Below, in pieces: positions 36,188 to 43,606 of a stretch of 64,000 nt of DNA; positions within the stretch are counted from its first letter, which is position 1, and each line of letters begins with the position of its first letter. The notes below the pieces were generated by a model. That model made no database searches. It was not told the origin of the DNA and saw only the letters and a list, made by a program, of their open reading frames with translations. Both the position numbers and the translations under genes were made by a program. The DNA comes from an uncultured Gaiellaceae bacterium (lineage in GTDB: Bacteria; Actinomycetota; Thermoleophilia; Gaiellales; Gaiellaceae). Location: the NCBI GenBank assembly GCA_963822885.1, contig CAWGJJ010000001.1, forward strand, positions 6,349 through 70,348, given 5' to 3'.

Positions 36188-37363
36188 GTGCCCGAACTTT
36201 CAGTCACCCGCCGCGGTGGTGGCAACCACGACGTCGCCCTCGTTCTGTCGGGGGGCGGAATCAACGGGATCTTGCTCGAGCTCGGATTCCTGAAGCGGCT
36301 CGCGGAGACGCCGCTCTGGCCGCGGGTCGGCTGGATCTACGGCACGTCAGCGGGCGCGCTCGCCGGAACCATGGCCGCTCTCGGGCGTCTCGACGAGCTC
36401 GAGGACTTCGTGCTCGGCCTCCAACCGCAGGACGCATTTCGGCCGCGGGCCGTCTGGCAGTTTCCCGGCGGCCTTCACGACTACACGCTTCCGTCGACCG
36501 TCGCCGACCGCATCGGATCTCCCGAGGAGCTCGGAAGCGCGCTCGCTGAGGCCGAGGTCGAGCTCGTCGTCTACGCGACCGACGTGAGCGACTACCCGGA
36601 AGGCGACGAGGCGCGCGACTTCGAGCTCGAGTACTCGTCGCGAACCACCGAGCCGGACGTGATGGGCCGCGCAATCCTCGCATCCGCGGCGATCAGCGGG
36701 CTCGTGCTCCCGATCCAGCTCGATGGCCGGATCGCGACGGACGGCGGCTGGGTCCGCAACTTCCCGCTCGAGCACGCGTATCGCAACCAGGAGGTAGGCG
36801 CAATCGCTGCGTTTCGCTACGTGCCCAGCTACCCGCCGACGATTCCCGTCTACCTCGAGCGGACGCGGGAGCGGCTCGAGCGTTTCCGCGCGGTTCCACC
36901 CGTGCGAGCCCTGCTCGCGGAGGTGCGCCTCGCGCAGGAGCGCTCGTCGCGCGGCGAGCCGGCGCACTACGGCGAGCTCATCGTCCGTCTCATGCGCGTC
37001 GCGTTCGCCCGCAACGCGGTCGTCGAGGAGCGCATCGCACGTGAGCGCGAGACGTCCGTCGAGGAGCTCCGTCGCCTCCACGAGGACGTCAGTGCGGCCG
37101 CGCTCGAGGCGGCGTTGCCGTGGCGACGCACACGTCTGCGCACCGAGCTCGACGCCCGCTTCGCGGCCGCACGTTTCCCCTTCCGCCACGACCGGCACGT
37201 TCCCGCGCTCATCGTGCGCGGCTCGGCGGGCGACGCCGGCCTCGACCCGACCTTCAGGAGCGACGTCCCGTGGCCGACCGAGCTCAAGCACGCGCTCATC
37301 GAGCGCGGCTACGCCCTCACCGACGAAGCCCTAGCTCGAAGCGATCTCGGAGAGCTGAGCTGA
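36188..37363 (+). CDS. Patatin-like phospholipase
   Basis: LVLSGGGINGI (oxyanion), GTSAGAL (GxSxG) and ATDGGWVRNFP (the DG dyad). Confidence 0.85.
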   Translation: MPELSVTRRGGGNHDVALVLSGGGINGILLELGFLKRLAETPLWPRVGWIYGTSAGALAGTMAALGRLDELEDFVLGLQPQDAFRPRAVWQFPGGLHDYTLPSTVADRIGSPEELGSALAEAEVELVVYATDVSDYPEGDEARDFELEYSSRTTEPDVMGRAILASAAISGLVLPIQLDGRIATDGGWVRNFPLEHAYRNQEVGAIAAFRYVPSYPPTIPVYLERTRERLERFRAVPPVRALLAEVRLAQERSSRGEPAHYGELIVRLMRVAFARNAVVEERIARERETSVEELRRLHEDVSAAALEAALPWRRTRLRTELDARFAAARFPFRHDRHVPALIVRGSAGDAGLDPTFRSDVPWPTELKHALIERGYALTDEALARSDLGELS

Positions 37364-37395
37364 ACCACAGAGGCGGCTCAGCAGTCACAGCGACG

Positions 37396-37417
37396 CGGCC
37401 GCGAAGCGGACGCCTTC
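37396..37417. repeat. Exact 22-nt repeat CGGCCGCGAAGCGGACGCCTTC (copy 2)
   Basis: Identical to 32869..32890, with the same orientation relative to the downstream hairpin. Confidence 0.75.
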
Positions 37418-37434
37418 AGGGATCCTGCGCGGTC

Positions 37435-37456
37435 GCCATCTCCGCTCGGAGATGGC
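37435..37456. terminator. 9-bp perfect hairpin GCCATCTCC-gctc-GGAGATGGC between convergent genes
   Basis: It lies between the patatin (+) and htrA (-) 3' ends. There is no U-tract on either side, so a terminator function is only inferred. Confidence 0.4.
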
Positions 37457-37473
37457 GGAGGCCGTGCTCGCGC

Positions 37474-38658
37474 CTAGCCTTGAGGCGAAGCGGGCTGCCG
37501 TCCGAGCGTCACGGTCACGCTCGTCTTGTTCGCGTCGCGGTAGATCACGAGCGTGATCTTGTCCCCCGGCTTCTTGCCGGAGATCGCGTCGCGCAGCTCT
37601 TCGATGGAGGAGATCTTCTTGCCGTCGAACGCAACGATGATGTCGCCTCCGAGGACATACGTCTCGCCGGCGACGACCACCTGGTTCTTGCCGCCCTCGA
37701 GGCCCGCCTTGTCGGCGCCGCTCGAGCTCGTCACGGACTCGACGAGCACTCCGGCCGCGACAGGGAGGTTGTAGGCGTCGGCGACGTCGTCGGTCACGGC
37801 CTGCCCGCTGATGCCGAGATACGCGTGGTCGACGCGGCCGGTGCGGAGGATCTGCGCGACGACGTCCTTGACCGTGTTGGCCGGCACCGCGAACCCGATC
37901 CCGACATTCCCTGTCGCGCTCGTTCCCGTGCCGGTCTCGATCTGCGTGTTGACGCCGATGACCTGGCCGCGCGCATTGAGCAGCGGGCCGCCCGAGTTGC
38001 CGGGATTGATCGGAGCATCGGTCTGGATGACGTGATCGATCGTGAAGCGGTTCGGGGCGGTGATGAGACGCTGGAGCGCGCTGATGATTCCCGACGTCAC
38101 CGTGCGGTCGAGCCCGAACGGGTTGCCGATCGCGACCACCGGATCGCCCACCCTGACGACGTCGGAGTTGCCCATCGGAAGCGGGGTCAGCGCATTCGCA
38201 GCCGTCTCGACGCGAAGGACCGCGAGATCCGTGGACGCGTCGGTTCCGACGACCTCGGCCTTGACCGTGTCGCGATTCGAGAAGCTCACCGTCACCTCGC
38301 CCGCATCGCGGACGACGTGGTAGTTCGTGACGATGTGACCCGTCTTGTCGATCACGAACCCGGAGCCGAGCGCCGAGTTCTGACCGCCGAAGGGATCTGT
38401 CGACCCCGACGACGTCGAACGGTCGGTGGCGTTGATACGCACCACGCCCGATGCTGCGCGCTCGTAGATCTCGTTGATGGTCATCGCGTCGCCCGAGGCG
38501 GGTGCAAGCGTTGGCGTCTGCACTGCCGACGTCTCCGTGACGACGGTGGTCGGCGAGTCGAGCCCGCCGAGCAGCGCTACCGCTCCGACAGCCACGACGC
38601 CACCGAGGACGGCTGAGGCGACCAGGGCGGCGAATGGCCGAAGCGAGCGGAACGACAT
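37474..38658 (-). CDS. HtrA/DegP-type S1C serine protease with a PDZ domain
   Basis: N-terminal TM segment, catalytic contexts (TNYHVV, DLAVLRV, GNSGGPLLN) and a C-terminal PDZ domain (GVLVESV...GGDIIVAFDG). Confidence 0.88.
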   Translation of the reverse strand: MSFRSLRPFAALVASAVLGGVVAVGAVALLGGLDSPTTVVTETSAVQTPTLAPASGDAMTINEIYERAASGVVRINATDRSTSSGSTDPFGGQNSALGSGFVIDKTGHIVTNYHVVRDAGEVTVSFSNRDTVKAEVVGTDASTDLAVLRVETAANALTPLPMGNSDVVRVGDPVVAIGNPFGLDRTVTSGIISALQRLITAPNRFTIDHVIQTDAPINPGNSGGPLLNARGQVIGVNTQIETGTGTSATGNVGIGFAVPANTVKDVVAQILRTGRVDHAYLGISGQAVTDDVADAYNLPVAAGVLVESVTSSSGADKAGLEGGKNQVVVAGETYVLGGDIIVAFDGKKISSIEELRDAISGKKPGDKITLVIYRDANKTSVTVTLGRQPASPQG

Positions 38659-38726
38659 GACCTGACGGTTATAGCCCGGTCGCCGTGAACCCCGGGTTAG
38701 CGGCCGTTAAGGGCCGGTTGGGGCCA

Positions 38727-39914
38727 TCACGCGATCAGGAGACCGGTCACGTACATCGTTGCGACGCCCGCGATGAAGCCCACGATGGCGTGGCCGGAGC
38801 GGAGACCGCCCGGCGCGTTGCGCGCGACGTACCGTCCGACCTCGACCACGACCTGGAACGCCGCGCCGGCGCCGATCGCGAAGAAGAGCGCGATGAGCAC
38901 GTCGCTCGACGTGTATCCGCCCACCCAGGTGCCCAGGATCGTCGGCGCACCGGCAACGAGGGCAAGGCCCGCCAGGGCGAGGACGGTGACGCGCGTCTTG
39001 GCGAGAGGCGTCGCGATCCCGAGGCCCTCGGTCACGTTGTGGATCATGAAGCCGACGATCAAGAACGCGCCGAGCTGGATCTCGCCGATGGCGAAGGACG
39101 CGCCGATCGCGAGCCCCTCGCCGAGGTTGTGGAGCCCGATCCCGATCGCGATCAGCAGCGCGAGCGTGAGCCCTGTGGCGGCGGAGCCACGCGTGAGGCG
39201 ACCGGAGAGCGCCGTCATGCCGAGGAAGCTCACCGCGACTCCGAGCAGCACGAGCCCGGCTCCGCCGAGCGACGCCGGAAGGCCGGCCTGGAGCGCGAAG
39301 GCCTCCGACAGCGCCTCGACGCCGAGAAACGAGAGGAGCCCGGCCGTGAACGCCATGAACGCCGACAGCCACACTGCGCCCGCGTGCCGGAGGGCAGGCA
39401 GCCAGAGAAGCCCGAGTGCGACGGGCAGGACACCGACGAGAAGACCGATGAGCGTGTAGCCGAGGAACCCCTCGACCGACGGCTGCGGCGTCTCGATCGC
39501 TGCGGGAATCTCCTCGACCGTCTCGATCCCGGTCGAGCTCGTCACTCCCACCGTGATCGGCTCCCCGTCGACCCAGTCGAACGGGACGACGATGGTGCTC
39601 GACCGGAGCCGGCCGAGCGTCGTCGAACCGTCGACAGTGAACGGAACGATTGCGTCGTCCACGTTGACGTTCGCGATCGTGAGGTCGTCCGGCTGCGGGT
39701 TGCGCACCGTGATGCGGATCTCGCCGGGCGAGAACGCAACACGTCTGATGTCGAACTCGTCCGCGGCCGGCGGGTTCGTGCCGACGAGCTCGGCCAGCGA
39801 CGAGCCGCTCGACACGACGGCCCCGACTGCGAGCGCGAGGAGGAGCACCGGGATGACCGCCCAGATCCGCCAGTTGAGCCGGCTGCCTTCGGTCGTCGCC
39901 GAGCCAGCTTCCAC
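38727..39914 (-). CDS. ZIP-family divalent metal transporter with an N-terminal extracytoplasmic beta-rich domain
   Basis: GTG 39914 overlaps the MCO TAG stop by 1 nt (TAGTG). One TM segment is followed by a ~150-aa extracytoplasmic domain and the ZIP core (GIGLHNLGEGLAIG, HNVTEGLG). Confidence 0.8.
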   Translation of the reverse strand: MEAGSATTEGSRLNWRIWAVIPVLLLALAVGAVVSSGSSLAELVGTNPPAADEFDIRRVAFSPGEIRITVRNPQPDDLTIANVNVDDAIVPFTVDGSTTLGRLRSSTIVVPFDWVDGEPITVGVTSSTGIETVEEIPAAIETPQPSVEGFLGYTLIGLLVGVLPVALGLLWLPALRHAGAVWLSAFMAFTAGLLSFLGVEALSEAFALQAGLPASLGGAGLVLLGVAVSFLGMTALSGRLTRGSAATGLTLALLIAIGIGLHNLGEGLAIGASFAIGEIQLGAFLIVGFMIHNVTEGLGIATPLAKTRVTVLALAGLALVAGAPTILGTWVGGYTSSDVLIALFFAIGAGAAFQVVVEVGRYVARNAPGGLRSGHAIVGFIAGVATMYVTGLLIA

Positions 39915-40939
39915 TAGTCGACGACCTCGAAGAATCCCATCCACCCGAGCTCGGCGAACTCGGACTGGTGCGCGTGGAACATGAACGTCCCGGTGTGCGC
40001 GAACGCGATCTCGAGCACGCCACGCTGGCCCTGGCACTGCATCACGGTGTCCGTGTACTCCCAGTTCTCGCCCGTGCCGGTCGGCTGGTAGCGGAAGAAG
40101 TCCGCGTGCAGGTGGAACGAGTTGATGAGGTCGAACTCGGTGAGGTTCGCGAGGTAGATCCGTACGAGCTCCGAGCGCTTCACCCGAATCGGATACTTGG
40201 CGTAGTAGAACGAGCGTCCGTTGACGGTGTAGAAGTTGTTCCCGCCGTCGGCGTCGGTGTCGAAGCCGTTCATGACCATGACGAGCTCCTGCGCCGGTGG
40301 TCTCGGCTCCTTCGGGTCGATGATGAACGCTCCGTAGAGGCCCTTGTGGATGTGCTTCTTGAGGGGCGTCGCGTGGCAGTGGTAGAGGTGGAGGCCGGCT
40401 GGCTTTGCTTCGAACTCGTACGTGAAGCGACCGCCGGGCTCCACGACCTCGAAGACGCCGTCCATGTTGGTGGGATGGATTCCGTGGAAGTGGATCGTGT
40501 GTGGGTGTGACCCGGCGTTCACGAACTTCACGCGGAGTCGGTCGCCCTCCGTCGCGCGGATCACCGGGCCGGGAGCTGTCCCGTTGTAGACCCATGCCGG
40601 GAAGAACACGCCGGGGGCGATCTCGAGCTCGACGTCGGTCGCGGTGAGTGAGTACTCGCTGACACGACCCGGCTGATACGGCCGTGCGGGAGGCGGGTAG
40701 AGGAGCGCGTCGAGGTCGCTCGGCCCGCCCACTGCGGGAACCTCCTCGCCGATCATCGCCGCATGGCCCATCGCAGTGCGCTCTCGCTCGACGAGCGTAC
40801 GCGGATCGACGTGGCTCGAGTGCCCGTGACCACCAGCCGATGCGTCGCTCTCGAGCGCGAGCTTCCCGACGAGCGGAACGGCCGCCAACGGCGCGGCGGC
40901 CGCGAGGAGCTTCCCTCGGGTAAGGCGAGTTTTAGACAT
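39914..40939 (-). CDS. Two-domain multicopper oxidase / NirK-like cupredoxin protein
   Basis: ATG 40939 with a signal-like N-terminus and a His-rich stretch (GGHGHSSH). Copper-ligand motifs are HPHTIHFHG, LYHCHATPLKKHIHKGLYG and FMFHAHQSEF. Confidence 0.8.
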   Translation of the reverse strand: MSKTRLTRGKLLAAAAPLAAVPLVGKLALESDASAGGHGHSSHVDPRTLVERERTAMGHAAMIGEEVPAVGGPSDLDALLYPPPARPYQPGRVSEYSLTATDVELEIAPGVFFPAWVYNGTAPGPVIRATEGDRLRVKFVNAGSHPHTIHFHGIHPTNMDGVFEVVEPGGRFTYEFEAKPAGLHLYHCHATPLKKHIHKGLYGAFIIDPKEPRPPAQELVMVMNGFDTDADGGNNFYTVNGRSFYYAKYPIRVKRSELVRIYLANLTEFDLINSFHLHADFFRYQPTGTGENWEYTDTVMQCQGQRGVLEIAFAHTGTFMFHAHQSEFAELGWMGFFEVVD

Positions 40940-40968
40940 GGCTAATTCCGAGTCGGAGTGTAACCTAA
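40932..40968. promoter_or_regulatory. Candidate DtxR-family operator half-sites in the 38-nt divergent gap
   Basis: TTAGACATGGCTAA (an imperfect inverted repeat overlapping the MCO ATG) and TAACCTAA. The latter is identical to the right half of the IdeR/DtxR consensus TTAGGTTAGCCTAACCTAA. A TAAGAT -10-like box lies 6 nt before the regulator ATG, which suggests a leaderless transcript. Confidence 0.3.
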
Positions 40969-40977
40969 GATCCCGGC

Positions 40978-41643
40978 ATGCGAACGTCCGCACCCGATCT
41001 CACCGTCGCCGTCCAGGACTACCTGAAGGCGATCTACGTCCTCGAGTCGTCCGGCGAGCGCGTGACGACGTCCGCGCTGGCGACGCGCATGGGCGTCAGC
41101 GCGCCCTCGGCAAGCGCGATGACGAAGCGTCTCGACGAGCTCGGGCTCGTCGAGCGGGTGCCTCACCGGGGAGTCGCGTTGACCGACGCCGGCAGACGCG
41201 GGGCTCTCGAGGTCCTGCGCCATCACCGGCTTCTCGAGCGCTACCTCGTCGACCGGCTCGGTCTCTCACTCGACGCCGTTCACGCCGAGGCGGAGCTCCT
41301 CGAGCACGCGCTCTCCGAGGAGCTCGAGGCGAAGATCGACGAGGAGCTCGGGTTTCCGACGCACGATCCGCACGGCGACCCGATTCCCGACCGGGAGCTC
41401 CGGCTCGTGCACGGGGAGAGCCGGTCGCTCCTCGATCTGGAGCCCGGCGCACGCGGAGCAGTCGCACGCGTGCCCGACGGCGACTCGGAGCTCCTGCGCT
41501 ACCTCGGCGAGCTCGGGCTCGTTCCCGAGGCGAGCGTCGAGGTGGTCGCGCAGGCGCCGTTCGGCGGCCCGGTCACCGTGCGCACCGCCTCGGGCGAGCA
41601 CGCGATCTCTCGCGAGCTCGCGGATCGCATCGCCGCCACCTAG
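40978..41643 (+). CDS. DtxR/IdeR/MntR-family metal-dependent transcriptional repressor
   Basis: QDYLKAIYVLE, a winged HTH (TTSALATRMGVSAPSASAMTKRLDELGLV), the dimerisation/metal site HHRLLERYLV and a C-terminal FeoA/SH3-like domain. Confidence 0.85.
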   Translation: MRTSAPDLTVAVQDYLKAIYVLESSGERVTTSALATRMGVSAPSASAMTKRLDELGLVERVPHRGVALTDAGRRGALEVLRHHRLLERYLVDRLGLSLDAVHAEAELLEHALSEELEAKIDEELGFPTHDPHGDPIPDRELRLVHGESRSLLDLEPGARGAVARVPDGDSELLRYLGELGLVPEASVEVVAQAPFGGPVTVRTASGEHAISRELADRIAAT

Positions 41644-42002
41644 GCGAGCTGTAGCTCGACGACCTTGACGCCCTGCGCTCGTTCGGCACCGAGTGCGTCG
41701 TCGAGCTTCTGCTTCAGCTCACCGGACTCGGCGAGCTCCTCCGTGATGTCCGCACCGCCGATGAGCTCGCCCTTGACGAACACCTGCGGGATCGTCGGCC
41801 ACCCCGAGATCGACGAGAGCTCCTGGCGAATGCGGGGATCGGGAAGGATGTCGACGGCCGTGATCGGCGCGCCGGCGGCGTGCAGTGCCTGCAGCGCACG
41901 GTGCGAGTTGCCGCACATGGGCATCTGCGGCGTGCCCTTGATGAACACGGTGACGGGCTCGTGCTCGATGACCTCGGAGATCTGCTCGTTCAGGGGCTTC
42001 AT
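41640..42002 (-). CDS. Monothiol glutaredoxin (Grx4/GrxD type) with a CGNS active site
   Basis: VTVFIKGTPQMPMCGNSHRAL...WPTIPQVFVKGELIGGADI. The canonical motif is CGFS. ATGA overlap with bolA. Confidence 0.8.
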   Translation of the reverse strand: MKPLNEQISEVIEHEPVTVFIKGTPQMPMCGNSHRALQALHAAGAPITAVDILPDPRIRQELSSISGWPTIPQVFVKGELIGGADITEELAESGELKQKLDDALGAERAQGVKVVELQLA

Positions 42003-42241
42003 GTCGTTCCTTTCGTCTTGATCCGGAGCTCGTGGATGGAGCCGTCGCCGAGCGGCGCGGCGAGCGCAGCGTTGACGCGGCGGTGCTGATCGATCAGCGG
42101 AACACCGTCGAAGTCGGAACTGACGACCGTTACCTGGAAGTGGTCGCCGGTACCGGTCCTGTCCTCGACCGCGACCTCGGCCGCGTCGGGAAACGCCTCG
42201 TCGAGCAGTCCGCGAATGGTCTCGGTGTCCACCGCGGCCAT
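41999..42241 (-). CDS. BolA family protein
   Basis: 80 aa with DRTGTGDHFQVTVVSSDFDG...HRRVNAAL...IHELRIKT. Confidence 0.8.
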   Translation of the reverse strand: MAAVDTETIRGLLDEAFPDAAEVAVEDRTGTGDHFQVTVVSSDFDGVPLIDQHRRVNAALAAPLGDGSIHELRIKTKGTT

Positions 42242-42720
42242 GCTAGATGCGCGGCGCTACCCTGCGGGCGTGGTGATCCTGCGCGGGCTTCTTCTCTTCA
42301 AGCTCGGGTTCTGGGCCGGGACGCTCACGTCCGCCGCGCTGCTCAAGCGTGCGTTTCCGTCACGCGGTGACGCCGAGAGCGACGAGGTCAGGCTCGTCGC
42401 GATCCTGAACGGCGTCGCGATCAGGAGTCGTGCCGAGGCGTTCCGCGGCGGCTCGATGTTCTCGTGGCTCGGCGGGATCGCCCTCGACCTCCGCGAGGCG
42501 CAGATCGCGTCCGGAGCGCACCTCGAGCTCGGCTCGCTCTTCGGCGGCATCGCGATTCGCGTTCCGCCGGGGTGCAGGGTGGTGTCGGACGTGCAAGCGC
42601 TCGCCGGCGGGATCGCGATCAACGCTCCCGAGCCGCGACGACGACGCGCCGACGCTGCACCTGAGCGGCTTCTCCGCGTTCGGCGGGATTGCCGTCAGCG
42701 CCAAGCCCGCCGAAGGCTAG
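42240..42720 (+). pseudogene. LiaF-like (DUF2154, cell-wall-active antibiotic response) protein with one +1 frameshift
   Basis: One TM segment followed by repeated GGIA(I/L) beta-strand motifs. Frame 3 shifts to frame 1 near 42636 (...INAPEP|DDDAPTLHLSGFSAFGGIAVSAKPAEG*). Its ATG overlaps the divergent bolA ATG in a CATG. Confidence 0.55.
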
Positions 42721-42730
42721 GCGCTAGACC

Positions 42731-43606
42731 GTGCGCCGCGGAACGGAGTACCTCGCCTCGGTGCCGGAGCGCATGCTTCGCGCAGTCGCGGCCGCGCTGG
42801 GAGGGACGATCCACGAGACGGCCGAGCTCGTTCTGCCGCGGCTCGTCCGGAAGTCGCGGTTCTACGAGGCGACCGCGAAGAACCTCTTGCGAATCACGGT
42901 CGAGCTCGTCGGTGGAGTCGAGCGCGCTCACGACGCAGTCGCAGACGAGCACGAGGCGTCGCCCAAGAAGCTCGCCGTGCGCAAGGCCGGCGGAAACGTC
43001 GTCGAGCTCGGGTCGATTCTCGCGTTCGGTTTCTCGCCGCTCTGGCTGCTCGCGGGTGCGGCGGACGTCACGCGCGGCACGCGTGTCTACCTCGACGCGC
43101 TCGTGTTCGAGCTCAAGGCCGCAGGCGTGCTCGCCCGGGACGCCGAGTTCGCGTCGGTCGACGACCTGCTCGGAGCGTTCGAGGGTGCGAGCGGGACGAC
43201 GGCTCGGCTCATCGACATCCCGCCGCTCGAGGTGGAGGGGCTCAAACGCTCGCTCGCGGATCTGCGCGAGGACGCGAAGGGTCTGCCGACCCCGCCGGAG
43301 CTCGCTGCCGTCTATCAGGCGCTTCTCGCCGAAGCCGATCGCGAGCAACGCTCGCTCCTGGAAGTCTCGGTGGGGATGGGTCTCGCCTTCTTCAACTCGG
43401 CGAGGAAGGTGGGCCGACAGCACGTCCTCGATCCGTACACGGAGGACCTGCAACCAGTGCGGGACGAGGGCTTCGCGGGGTATGCCCGACGTGTAGGTCG
43501 GCCGTACGCGACCGCGGTCACGCGCCACTTCGATCCGCGAACGCCCACGCTCACCGAGCGCGGCCTCGGGCGGCTGGGGACGCCCAAGCTGCTTGAATCG
43601 GAGGCG
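42731..43606 (+). CDS. 292-codon region of unknown function, in frame with and not separated by a stop from aconitase
   Basis: GTG 42731. Composition is protein-like throughout (…[14 protein letters not shown]…[18 protein letters not shown]…[42 protein letters not shown]…). I recognise no family. GGAGG lies 2 nt before the aconitase ATG inside its 3' end. Confidence 0.45.
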
